Of a DNA stretch of 64,000 nucleotides, positions 38,025 to 46,802 are shown in pieces (position 1 is the first letter of the stretch; each line of letters starts with the position of its first letter). Origin of the DNA: a virus; the IMG/VR virus record IMGVR_UViG_3300027970_000001, positions 32,001 through 96,000 of that record; one strand, given 5' to 3'. The notes under the pieces are model-generated. The model made no database searches. It saw nothing but the letters and a program-made list of their open reading frames with translations, and was not told the origin of the DNA. A program made the translations under genes and the position numbers.

Positions 38025-38329
38025 TCACCGCTCCCCTTCTTTGGCGACGCCCCGTAGGCCGCCCGCTTCGCTCCGTACGATACCGCCTTCAGCGTTTCCT
38101 TGATGACCTTCGAGCAGTCGGTGCAAAGCATCAGCCTGCCGTTTTCCCTGGCCATCGAAAGAGCATGGTTGGCGTCCGAAAACACCCACTCGTCTTTGGA
38201 GGCCCTGCCACACCATGTCTTCTTGGCGGGCAGAGCGCCCCCCTTGCCCGCGTCCGAGGACACCGCTGCGCAATGGACGTGGCTTGGACGCGTATCAGTG
38301 GGCCTCTTTCTGACAATCACCCTTCTCAT
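38021..38329 (-). CDS. Hypothetical Cys-containing protein
   Basis: H..C, WCG and CTDC motifs; overlapping starts. Confidence 0.5.
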   Translation of the reverse strand: MRRVIVRKRPTDTRPSHVHCAAVSSDAGKGGALPAKKTWCGRASKDEWVFSDANHALSMARENGRLMLCTDCSKVIKETLKAVSYGAKRAAYGASPKKGSGE

Positions 38330-38529
38330 CGACCTTCCCTGCGCTTCCTGTCCCGGCTGACCTCAAGAACAGAGTCCTCTGCCAGCTCCCTTGCCGACAG
38401 CATCTCCGCAATCGTCTCCGGCGCGAACGGGCACTTGCCCACCCACGGCATCACGGCCACGAGCCTTGCGAGGGGCTGGTCTCTCTCTCGACGGGCGTCA
38501 TCGCGCTCCGCTTTCAACTGCTCACTCAT
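38326..38529 (-). CDS. Hypothetical protein
   Basis: GTGA/ATGA overlaps. Confidence 0.45.
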   Translation of the reverse strand: MSEQLKAERDDARRERDQPLARLVAVMPWVGKCPFAPETIAEMLSARELAEDSVLEVSRDRKRREGR

Positions 38530-39272
38530 CCCCAGAAGCCTCCGGTTTCACAAACGAGGCCCTTAGCCGACGTGCCGTCGAAGAGCGCGAGTTGCGCTCG
38601 TTCGCTGAGAGCCGCGGTCTTCGTGGTGTCACGCATCCGGAGACCGAGCTGGCAGTACTCCTCAGACCGCTCGATGCACACCGAGCGAACGCCATAGCGT
38701 TCGGCGACTCGTCCCGTGGTGAGGCTCCCGCCAAACGGGTCCAAGACGACGTCGCCGCGATTCAGGCGCGACACCAGCAGCTCGGGAAGCTCGTCGGGGA
38801 ACGGAGCAGTGTGTCCGTGCACGTTCTCGCCGCGAACCATCTTCATCACCGGCTGTTGCCGGAGGACGCGGCCGACCAGCTGGGCTCCGGCGTCGTCATG
38901 CTTGCCGTTGTGCTTGCCGTTGCCGTTGCTCTTCGACCCGTTGCGAGCGGGCTTTCTGAACACGAGGACATGCTCCCAGCAGTTGAACGGGGCCTGGTAG
39001 TACGGCGAGAAGTTCCCCGCATTGAAGCCCCGCTTCCCCTCGATGTCGCCTTTGTCCCAGACGACATTCCCGAGCAGGTCGAACCCGATGCGGCGGAAGA
39101 GATCGACGGTGTAAGCGGAGAGCACCATTCGCCGCTGGCCCATCGCCGAGAACACAACCGTGTTCTCGTTATCGAAGTAGTCGAACACGTTGTAGAGGTA
39201 GAGCGCGCCCGGCTTCAGCGTCCTGAACACCTCGGTGTTGATGTCGAGCATGTCGTGCAGGTGGCAGTACAT
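38526..39272 (-). pseudogene. N-terminally truncated beta-class N6/N4 DNA methyltransferase
   Basis: RTLKPG, HTAPFP and VLDPFGGSLTT present; catalytic S/D/NPPY motif absent; in-frame TGA 14 codons upstream of the Met. Confidence 0.65.
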
Positions 39273-39481
39273 GTTGGGCCACGCTGGCGGCGCTCGGCGC
39301 GGAGGAGCCGGATCGACTCAAGCACGTCCTCGACGGTTCCAGGCGGCTCATGCCAATGACCCAGCGCACGCCAGATGATCAACAGATCGCGCTCGTGGGC
39401 GTTCGCGCAGTCCGAAAGCAGAAAGCGGAGCGGCTCTTCGGATTCACGTTGTGCAGGATAAGAGGCGACGTCTTCCATCAC
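39215..39481 (-). CDS. Hypothetical protein overlapping the MTase fragment
   Basis: GGAGG SD and GTGA overlap; its last ~20 codons overlap the MTase frame. Confidence 0.45.
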   Translation of the reverse strand: MMEDVASYPAQRESEEPLRFLLSDCANAHERDLLIIWRALGHWHEPPGTVEDVLESIRLLRAERRQRGPTCTATCTTCSTSTPRCSGR

Positions 39482-39768
39482 TTGCCCTCCGGGCGACGCG
39501 ATTTCATTCGCGCGGACAACATATATTCGGCCATGCGCGAATGCTTCTCGTCACGGCTGTGCTCATGAGGAACAGCTCCGAACGGGCAAATCGCGTCGAA
39601 CGGCGAAAGCTCGACGTGCTCATCGGGACCGAGCGAGCGGAACCGCCCGCAGTTGACGCAGTAGTCGTCCTTGCAAGCTCCGCAGCCGCACTCGAAGTGC
39701 GAGGTCAGGTAGCACCCGCACCTTGGGCACGCGGGCTTGCAGACACTGATGTTCGCCGTGCGAGTCAT
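39478..39768 (-). CDS. Cys-rich zinc-finger protein
   Basis: CPRC, CGCGAC and CVNC. Confidence 0.5.
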   Translation of the reverse strand: MTRTANISVCKPACPRCGCYLTSHFECGCGACKDDYCVNCGRFRSLGPDEHVELSPFDAICPFGAVPHEHSRDEKHSRMAEYMLSARMKSRRPEGK

Positions 39769-40010
39769 TCCACGACCTCCCAATCGTCAGAGAGCAGATC
39801 AGCCTGGGAGGCAAGCCATCCCGGCTGCATCGTGCTCTCCGCGGTCTTCATGCCGATGCACGACTGCATACGAAATCCGCCCGCTGTACTCGTGTGCATC
39901 GCGTTACCCGGATGGATCAGGACGATCCACATGCCTTTTCCGTTCCACCCGAGCCGCGCGACGCGACGTCCGTTCTTGAGAGCGTCCAGAGCCCTGCCGA
40001 AGTCCATCAC
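39765..40010 (-). CDS. DUF2829 / Tad2-like protein
   Basis: MDFGRALDALKNGRRVARLGWNGKGMWI...WLASQADLLSDDW. Confidence 0.85.
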   Translation of the reverse strand: MMDFGRALDALKNGRRVARLGWNGKGMWIVLIHPGNAMHTSTAGGFRMQSCIGMKTAESTMQPGWLASQADLLSDDWEVVE

Positions 40011-40552
40011 TTGTCCCCTTTTTCGAGGGACGCAGCCGCGAACCCCCGGTAGTACCCGTCAAGCTGCTTGGCAGACGGGTCGTCCAACGATCCGGCGACC
40101 ATATCGAACCCATCCGCGATCGCGCGCAGCGCGGCGCGCAGACGGTCGGTCTCGACGCGATCTGCATCGTGCTGCCGCGTCGACTCCTTGAGTCTCGCTT
40201 CGAGCATGAGCGCCTGTCGCTTGTGATGGTCGATCTCGCTCCGCGCCTCATAGAGATCGCGAGACGCTCGATCAAGGCACTCGTTGAGGCTCGCGAGGTC
40301 TTCGCGCCACGCCGCCGGAAGCTCGGCGTCGAGCTTTGCCTTGAGTTCGTCGCGCTCGCAACCGGTCGGCGGCTCCTCGCACGCCATCGACATGGACTCC
40401 TCCATGCTCTCGATGCGCGCCCTGAGCCGCGCCTGCTCGGCGCGCAGCAGGTCAATCTCGCCGAAGATAGAGGTGACGTAGCCTTCGAGCAGGCTGGCGT
40501 CTCCAAGGTAGGCCGCGTCAGCCGCGTGCCCCATGAACTCGTCGCGCGTCAT
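40007..40552 (-). CDS. Coiled-coil hypothetical protein
   Basis: Heptad-rich; overlapping starts. Confidence 0.5.
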   Translation of the reverse strand: MTRDEFMGHAADAAYLGDASLLEGYVTSIFGEIDLLRAEQARLRARIESMEESMSMACEEPPTGCERDELKAKLDAELPAAWREDLASLNECLDRASRDLYEARSEIDHHKRQALMLEARLKESTRQHDADRVETDRLRAALRAIADGFDMVAGSLDDPSAKQLDGYYRGFAAASLEKGDK

Positions 40553-40767
40553 CCGTCGTAATCCTCGTCATCGCGCAGCCACGCGCGCCCGTCGTCCACG
40601 ATCACTTCGAGCGGCGCACCGCACGCGCAGACGCCCGTGTCGCCCTCTTCCCACGTCGGATGCCCGCCGGGGTGTCTGGGAGGATAGGGCGGCATTTCCT
40701 TGCACGGATCGCCGCACCTCGGGCAGTCGAGGAGATTCCGCCAGCCGTCTTCGGTGTAGAGGATCAT
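40549..40767 (-). CDS. Small Zn-ribbon protein
   Basis: CPRC...CACG. Confidence 0.5.
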   Translation of the reverse strand: MILYTEDGWRNLLDCPRCGDPCKEMPPYPPRHPGGHPTWEEGDTGVCACGAPLEVIVDDGRAWLRDDEDYDG

Positions 40768-41093
40768 CCCTCGTGCTCCCCCTGTTCGATGCAGTTGGCG
40801 ATGGCGAGGGATGAAAGCATGAGGTGTTTCGCCCTAATCCATGCGACGATCCTCTGGCGCTCCATAAACGCCTCGTTGTGGACCGCTTGCTCCGCGTCGG
40901 CCTCAGCGTGCGCGAGGCGGGCTTTGAGTTCGTCACGAAGGAAATCGCGATCTTTGACGAGCTGCTGCACTTCGGCGGAAAGCGCTCGTTGCGCTTCGTC
41001 CCGTGCCCGGCATGCCTCCAAGTAGAGGCGCATGGCCTGGTCTCGCTCGCCCTTTGCTTGAGCAAGCCGCTTGTAGAACTCGTCCTCGTTCAT
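40764..41093 (-). CDS. Coiled-coil hypothetical protein
   Basis: Overlapping ATGA start. Confidence 0.5.
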   Translation of the reverse strand: MNEDEFYKRLAQAKGERDQAMRLYLEACRARDEAQRALSAEVQQLVKDRDFLRDELKARLAHAEADAEQAVHNEAFMERQRIVAWIRAKHLMLSSLAIANCIEQGEHEG

Positions 41094-41335
41094 CGGTCGC
41101 TCCTTGCGAGGCGCGTGAACAGCACGGTCGTGCAGTTGAGCCCGTCGTTGTTCAGGGGCCCCGCGTAGACCCGCCCGATTTCCAACAGCCGGTTGAGGAC
41201 CAGCTCGCGGTCGTTCTCCGTCTGCTCACGGCAGAAGGCGTACGTGTACGCCTCCATGTGAGGACCGCTCGCGGCGTCGCGCATGAAGCCGCATCCCGAA
41301 ACCAGAGCCGTTGCGGCGAAAGCCCACTTCTTCAT
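41090..41335 (-). CDS. Small lipoprotein-like protein
   Basis: MKKWAFAATALVSGC lipobox; GGGGG SD. Confidence 0.6.
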   Translation of the reverse strand: MKKWAFAATALVSGCGFMRDAASGPHMEAYTYAFCREQTENDRELVLNRLLEIGRVYAGPLNNDGLNCTTVLFTRLARSDR

Positions 41336-41355
41336 GTTGTCCCCCACCTGTCCGT

Positions 41356-41655
41356 TCAGTTCGACTTGATGTCGCGGTCGATCCACGCGCGCAGAGCGTC
41401 GCGCTGCGCCCTGGTGTCCTTGAGGTCTTCGGCCAGCATGGCGACCTCGCGCTTCAACTCGTCCATCATCCGATGGGCCTCGTCCAACTCTTTCTGGGCG
41501 GCGGCCATGGCTTGCTGTAGACTGACGCCCTGTTCCGGCTTGTGCTCCATGCGGTCGAAGACGCCACGGACCACGGAGTAGTCGCCTGTCTGAAGGGCCA
41601 TGCGAACGAGGGCTTCGATGTTTGTCGCGTCGGTTGAATCCATGTCGAGCACCAT
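41356..41655 (-). CDS. Coiled-coil hypothetical protein
   Basis: First gene of the long minus-strand small-gene run. Confidence 0.55.
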   Translation of the reverse strand: MVLDMDSTDATNIEALVRMALQTGDYSVVRGVFDRMEHKPEQGVSLQQAMAAAQKELDEAHRMMDELKREVAMLAEDLKDTRAQRDALRAWIDRDIKSN

Positions 41656-41770
41656 TACACACGAGCGCCCAGGCGCATCTCATGTACTGTGAGTTGTCTC
41701 ATTTGTATCATTGTCAATAAGGTTCATTACCATCACCGATAGAACTAGGTTATAGCAGGTAGAGGTCCAG
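41656..41770. promoter_or_regulatory. AT-rich divergent control region
   Basis: Local GC drop; minus-strand TTGACA; plus-strand TTGTCT-18-TAAGGT; TGAG/CTCA inverted half-sites. Confidence 0.5.
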
Positions 41771-42439
41771 GTGTCCGACCAAAGCAGTAAAAAGTCGAAC
41801 AGGAGCCCCGTTGGTCGTCCAAGGGTGCCAGAGACACCTCACATCCCGCCGACGGGAAGCGAAAGGGCGTCGGGGTCGGTTGCCCGGTGCAAGGGAACGT
41901 GCGGACTGGAATGGGGCTTCAAGTCCCTGACCAGCGGCAGATGCCCGAACTGCCTCAGGGGGTGGTACCGGGAGCGGGCTTACGAGTGGAGGGCCAGGCA
42001 AATCCCGGGTTTCAACCGGAAAATGCTAGAAGAGGCGCTCGAATCGCAGGACAACAAGTGCGCCGTGTGCTCGGTCGAGTTCGATGCGGCCACGGTTGAG
42101 CGTCGTCCTCAGATGGACCGCGACCCTGGCACCGGATATTTCCGCGCGATGCTCTGTCGCCGGTGCGGATTCACGGTGACCTGGGGGCAGAACGACCCCG
42201 ACAGGCTGCGAAAGGCCGCCGACTACGTCGAGGACCAGGCCGAACGGTCCGCCAGGATGCCGCCTCCGTCGAAGGCGCTGTCCACGAACATGTCGCAGGG
42301 CAGGAAAAGCTCGGAGTTCTATGTCACCGACGCTGGAGAGAGCATCCCCATGAAGGAGCTGACCCGCAGGATGACAGACGATCCAGAGCTGAGCGCGGAG
42401 GTCGACCGGAAGCTTATGGAGCAGATCCGGGGGCGTTGA
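41771..42439 (+). CDS. Endonuclease VII-fold protein with altered catalytic residues
   Basis: QDNKCAVC...MDRDP.TG..RAMLCRRCG...DPDRLRKAADYV; DHDH appears as DRDP and CN as CG. Confidence 0.7.
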   Translation: MSDQSSKKSNRSPVGRPRVPETPHIPPTGSERASGSVARCKGTCGLEWGFKSLTSGRCPNCLRGWYRERAYEWRARQIPGFNRKMLEEALESQDNKCAVCSVEFDAATVERRPQMDRDPGTGYFRAMLCRRCGFTVTWGQNDPDRLRKAADYVEDQAERSARMPPPSKALSTNMSQGRKSSEFYVTDAGESIPMKELTRRMTDDPELSAEVDRKLMEQIRGR

Positions 42440-42474
42440 CCCGTCGCTTCGCCCGACATACAACGAGGTCAGCC

Positions 42475-43575
42475 ATGCCGCGCAAGCTTCAACCAAACGA
42501 CCGTGGATTCCGATGGAATCGCGGAACGAAGGTCTACCACGCCACCTTGGCGCTCGATGCGGTGCTGTCCGAGGGGCTGAAGTCTCGTCGAGACCTATCG
42601 GAGCGAGTTCAGGCCACGGGCGGCGGCCCCGATGAGGCGATCAGCTTCACGACGGACATCAGGGTCGCCCGCGCGATCTGCGTGGGCCTCGTTACCCTAG
42701 CCAAGATCGCAAAAGGTCAGATGCTCCTCGGCGACCTGGTCATCTCGGCGAGCAACGTCGCGCCGGAAGCGACGCGGTTGACCCTTGCTGACATGAAGCT
42801 GCGGGAGATCGACATTGTCAACCGAGACCGCGGCCTCTTCCCCTTCTCCAGCAGCGCATGGTCCGCCGGGGAGAAGGTGGACGTCGACCTCGCGGTGGCT
42901 GAGATCGCGGCAGATCCTGCATCTTTTGAGGACGTGAAGACCGACTCGATGAACGACGGCGCTCCGTATGCCGTTTCAGGATGGTCCAAGGCCGAGGCGC
43001 TCAAGAAGATCTTGCGCCAGCCAGACCAGTTCAACCCGCGCTCCACCGCCAAGATCGGGTTCGAGTTCTACAAGAGGCACTGGCTACCCTACGCCTTCTG
43101 GGACAAGGCCGCCTACAACCCCGACTTCATCGGCACCTCCGCAAGCAAGATGGCGGAGGTCGACGAGTCTCAGATCGGCATTCTGGTCGCCACGCTCGAT
43201 GCGGACTGGGTCTGCACAGAGAGCAAGGCGGCCGAGCAGATGGGCTACTACGATGAAGCCCAAAGCATCCGCTGGGATATCGGAGACTGGGCGCACGATT
43301 GCGAGCACGCCCTTCGTTTCGGGCACAGGGTTCGGACCATCCCTCGCGGCACCGGATGGGAGCAGCCGGACCCCAAAGACACCGTCTACTACGTCTGGAA
43401 CCTGTCAGAGCCGCGGGTTTACGACAGCGGCATGATCCGGGGACTGAAGCTTGAAGAGGAGGCCGACGACGCGCTCTCCAAATGCGAGCAGGCTTGGTAC
43501 AAGAACGGCATCGAGCTGCAAGCCCCTCCGATCGCCCACCCTTGGTTCACGGAAGAAGCGCCGTACATGCGGTGA
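42475..43575 (+). CDS. ART-fold-like protein
   Basis: VYHAT...GLKSR...GGGP..ISFT; paralogue of 55344-56216; starts MPRKLQPND. Confidence 0.5.
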   Translation: MPRKLQPNDRGFRWNRGTKVYHATLALDAVLSEGLKSRRDLSERVQATGGGPDEAISFTTDIRVARAICVGLVTLAKIAKGQMLLGDLVISASNVAPEATRLTLADMKLREIDIVNRDRGLFPFSSSAWSAGEKVDVDLAVAEIAADPASFEDVKTDSMNDGAPYAVSGWSKAEALKKILRQPDQFNPRSTAKIGFEFYKRHWLPYAFWDKAAYNPDFIGTSASKMAEVDESQIGILVATLDADWVCTESKAAEQMGYYDEAQSIRWDIGDWAHDCEHALRFGHRVRTIPRGTGWEQPDPKDTVYYVWNLSEPRVYDSGMIRGLKLEEEADDALSKCEQAWYKNGIELQAPPIAHPWFTEEAPYMR

Positions 43576-43587
43576 GATGGAGATGAC

Positions 43588-44007
43588 GTGTCGGATGAAT
43601 CCGGTTTTTCTGTCGTAGACGAAGGAGACGAGCTGTCAGTACACGCGGCTGACCTCGGCTTTGCATCGTTTCTGTACGGGTCGACAAGACACGTTGTCGA
43701 GACGCTGCTCGCTGCGGAGCGCGCTGAGACGGCCGAGTGGGCAGCGGACGCTGGAGACGAATCAATTGCATGGCTGACCGGGATCGAGGTCGTGCCAGGC
43801 CAAAGGCGCTTGGGCCTCGGAAGCGAGATGCTGGTGCGCGGCCTTGAAGAGCTGGAGCAGAGGGGCGTGGCTCTCGTGTTCTTGAACTCGATGCCCGACT
43901 TGGGCTACGAGCGGAAGCTTCCGGCGTGGTATCGAAAGCACGGGTTCCGATCTGCCGGCAAGATGGACGGGACGACCGTTTACTTCCAGCATCTCTCGGG
44001 AGAATAG
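43588..44007 (+). CDS. GNAT acetyltransferase
   Basis: IEVVPGQRRLGLGSEML and WYRKHGF. Confidence 0.85.
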   Translation: MSDESGFSVVDEGDELSVHAADLGFASFLYGSTRHVVETLLAAERAETAEWAADAGDESIAWLTGIEVVPGQRRLGLGSEMLVRGLEELEQRGVALVFLNSMPDLGYERKLPAWYRKHGFRSAGKMDGTTVYFQHLSGE

Positions 44008-44151
44008 GGACCCCGGCCAAGTTTGTCTTGCCATCTTGATCGAGGGGTGATCTAACGTGGACGTGCGGCGCGACACGACGGCAGAGGCAACGATCGTTGC
44101 CAAGTACGCTACGATGGAAGGCCTTCTCGACGAGCGAGGGCGCCGAGTTCG

Positions 44152-44523
44152 ATGCGATTTCCGATCTGGTCTACCCTCGCGATGCTGCCGACCACGTGGC
44201 TGCTGACGATCAACGCCAGCGCGCTGGCTTTGGTCTACTGCGCCAGCATGATGTTCACCTTCGCGTATCACGCGAGCGGAGAGCAGCAGTGGCGTCGAAT
44301 CGACCATGTTTTCGCCTACGGGGTGATCGGCTCCAATGCTTGGATGGCCTTCGAGACGCACAGTTTCGCATGGACGGCCGCGGCGCTGGCCATGGTGGTG
44401 ATCTCCTTGCGGTTCTACCACCTGGCCAAGACTCGACCTGACCTGTACGACTGGTGGCACGGCTGGTGGCACCTTGCTGCGGGGGCGGCAGGCTGGTGCT
44501 TCGCGTGCGGCTACTTGTCGTGA
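44152..44523 (+). CDS. Hemolysin-III/ceramidase-like membrane protein
   Basis: Multiple TM helices with YH, RIDH and WHGWWH histidines. Confidence 0.55.
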   Translation: MRFPIWSTLAMLPTTWLLTINASALALVYCASMMFTFAYHASGEQQWRRIDHVFAYGVIGSNAWMAFETHSFAWTAAALAMVVISLRFYHLAKTRPDLYDWWHGWWHLAAGAAGWCFACGYLS

Positions 44524-44934
44524 TCAGCGCAGCAGCCTTTCGAGCGCGACCATAGGCTCCAGGATGCCTGGAACGAGGTCGAACTTGACGGCTTGCTTGA
44601 TGGGCACCCATCGCATGTCGCTGCTCTCCCACGTCATCTTCAGATCGCCGGTCCATCGGCGGCTGACGTAGAGGTGCAAGGTGCCCCAGTCGTGGTGAGT
44701 CACCGAGAGGATGGAAAGCCCGCGCGGCGTGACCGACACCTCCTCTTGCGCTTCCCTTACGGCTGCTTCGATGGGCGTCTCGCCGGGGTCGACCGTGCCA
44801 CCTGGCAGGTTCCACTTGCCTGGCATCCACGGCGCGGTCATCCCCCGCTTTAGCAGGAGGACCTCGTTTCTGTCGTTGACGAGGAACACGGCTGCGCCGC
44901 CGCCGACCGCGTTGCGAGTCACCAGCGGTTGCAA
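44524..44934 (-). CDS. NUDIX hydrolase
   Basis: WNLPGGTVDPGETPIEAAVREAQEE Nudix box. Confidence 0.92.
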   Translation of the reverse strand: MQPLVTRNAVGGGAAVFLVNDRNEVLLLKRGMTAPWMPGKWNLPGGTVDPGETPIEAAVREAQEEVSVTPRGLSILSVTHHDWGTLHLYVSRRWTGDLKMTWESSDMRWVPIKQAVKFDLVPGILEPMVALERLLR

Positions 44935-44988
44935 TGGCTTACCTGTGTTTTCAGGGGCATTCCGCGGTCGCCATTGCGTGGCTTCAAA

Positions 44989-45231
44989 TCAGCGGATGAC
45001 GCGCAGCTTCCGGCCGTCCGCCCCACGGACCATGCTGTCGGGGGCGAGCTTCCAGTAGTTGCAGCAGCCGTAGGTCTTCACGGGCACCTTGAGGCCCATG
45101 CAGAAGCCGTCCTTGTCGCCAAGGTACTGGAGCTTCGAGCAAGTGCCGCAGAAGTATCCGGGGCCCGCGCTCGCGAAGCCCTCGACCTGTACGTATCCGG
45201 CGCCGTCCTTGATCTGCTTTTCGGTCTGCAT
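44989..45231 (-). CDS. Small Cys-rich (HiPIP-like pattern) protein
   Basis: CGTC...GFC...V..YGCCNYW. Confidence 0.5.
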   Translation of the reverse strand: MQTEKQIKDGAGYVQVEGFASAGPGYFCGTCSKLQYLGDKDGFCMGLKVPVKTYGCCNYWKLAPDSMVRGADGRKLRVIR

Positions 45232-45247
45232 GGGCCCCCGCGTTGGC

Positions 45248-45517
45248 TCAGCGACGCCGACGGCGTCCGTGTTTGTTGAGGCGCAGCGACAGGCCGGCGC
45301 CGCCGGGGCCGACGTTGAGGAACGAGCCGCCCATGCCTCCGCCGCCGCCGCCGAAGCTCAGGATGGGGAACTTGTACGCCAGGTACCCTAGGCCGCCACC
45401 GATGGCCAGAGCGCCAAGGCCAATTGCCATGGCCGTGCTGTCAGACATCGGCGTCGAAGTGGTGGTCGTGGTGGTCGAAGTGAACTGGCCCAGGCTGGGC
45501 GAGTTGAAGTAGCTCAC
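45248..45517 (-). CDS. Small tail-anchored membrane protein
   Basis: SLGQ, Thr run, TM helix, ends LRLNKHGRRRRR. Confidence 0.6.
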   Translation of the reverse strand: MSYFNSPSLGQFTSTTTTTTSTPMSDSTAMAIGLGALAIGGGLGYLAYKFPILSFGGGGGGMGGSFLNVGPGGAGLSLRLNKHGRRRRR

Positions 45518-45723
45518 GAGTGCCTCCGATGGCGACGGCGGTTCTTCTTGAAGATGTGCTCGGTCAGGAGCCGATGCTGGCCCATGACGTTGCCGACAAT
45601 CGCCATGACGATGCCGCCGATGACGCCGCCGAACAGCACCGTCTTGGCTCCACCTGACATCTCAGGGGCGGGCGCAGCGGCGGGCGGGGCAGTGGCAGGC
45701 GCGACCTGGCCGAAACCGTTCAT
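45514..45723 (-). CDS. Small tail-anchored membrane protein
   Basis: MNGFGQ, MSGGA, TM helix, ends FKKNRRRHRRHS. Confidence 0.6.
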   Translation of the reverse strand: MNGFGQVAPATAPPAAAPAPEMSGGAKTVLFGGVIGGIVMAIVGNVMGQHRLLTEHIFKKNRRRHRRHS

Positions 45724-45820
45724 CACGATGAAGCGGGAGTCCAAGGACCTCCCACGGGTCGATAGGTGTTGCATCGCCGTGACAGTATCACAGGTGAAAG
45801 TAGAGCGCCAGGCTCGGCGC

Positions 45821-46594
45821 CTAATCCACCGACAGCACCTTCACCGGAAGGTAGGCGTTGTCAAAAATCACGTACTCGTCCCCACCTGGCGAGTAGCCAT
45901 CGATGTGGAAGGCGCTGTACCCATGGCGCTCTGCAATCGCGGAGATGTCCGATAGGTCAAGCTCGGTGCCGAGGATGCGCTCCACCTCGGCATCGCGAAA
46001 CGCTTCGGCGTTCTCGACGATGCTATCCATGAGGGCTTTGATGCTGTCGGCAACTTGCTCGTCGAGACCTCCTTCGACAGCCTCTCCGAGGGGCTCTTCG
46101 CAGGCCTCGGTGGCCATCCAGTTGCCTTGGCGTAGCTCATCCATTGTGCCCTTGAAGCACTGCTCCACCAGCGGTCGCGTTTCCGTCGGCAACCGCCTCG
46201 CCTGCTCCAGCAGCTCGGGCGTCAGCTTCCATCTGTCCAGGGCCTGCACGCCGAGAGCGTCCTTGACCTCTCCCTCGCAGTCTTCGAGCACAGAGTAGCG
46301 GTGCAGCTCGCCTGTCTTCCTGTCCTTGATATTGAACGAGAAGGGAGATGACCCCGGCGTGTAGATCACCAGCGATTGGCCGCACTCGTACGTGTCCGGC
46401 CCGATCTGGGCGACCAGCTCATCGGGCACTGGCGAGACCACGGAGTGGATGTGCTTGCCGAAGACCGACGCGAAGTCAGGGTCGGACGTTAGGTAGAGGC
46501 CGTACCCCAGCGAACCCGTGTAGCCAGGATCGTTGCCGTCTAGCTCCTCAAGCTCCTCGCTTGAGCCGTGGTACATCACGCTGGGGTCGGCCAT
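45821..46594 (-). CDS. ADP-ribosyltransferase-like (polyvalent ART-type) protein
   Basis: MYHGSS...LGYGLYLT..P.FA..FG and C-terminal DEYVIFD. Confidence 0.65.
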   Translation of the reverse strand: MADPSVMYHGSSEELEELDGNDPGYTGSLGYGLYLTSDPDFASVFGKHIHSVVSPVPDELVAQIGPDTYECGQSLVIYTPGSSPFSFNIKDRKTGELHRYSVLEDCEGEVKDALGVQALDRWKLTPELLEQARRLPTETRPLVEQCFKGTMDELRQGNWMATEACEEPLGEAVEGGLDEQVADSIKALMDSIVENAEAFRDAEVERILGTELDLSDISAIAERHGYSAFHIDGYSPGGDEYVIFDNAYLPVKVLSVD

Positions 46595-46601
46595 AGGTCT
46601 C

Positions 46602-46784
46602 CTAATATCCGCCTGACTTGAACCAGCCCTGGCCGTTCAGGACAAACGAGGTCTGCCCGATGAGGCGGTTGGGCTCACCGTCGCAGCCTTCGGTGGGGCA
46701 CTCTCTGAGAGGCGGGTCTGAGATCTTCCGCTTCTTCTCGAACTCGACCTTGCACTTGGGACATTCGTAGGGGTACGTCGGCAT
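46602..46784 (-). CDS. FmdB-family zinc-ribbon protein
   Basis: MPTYPYECPKC..EFE...CP..GC...GWFK.GY. Confidence 0.85.
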   Translation of the reverse strand: MPTYPYECPKCKVEFEKKRKISDPPLRECPTEGCDGEPNRLIGQTSFVLNGQGWFKSGGY

Positions 46785-46802
46785 GATCGAGGTGTAGCTT
46801 GG

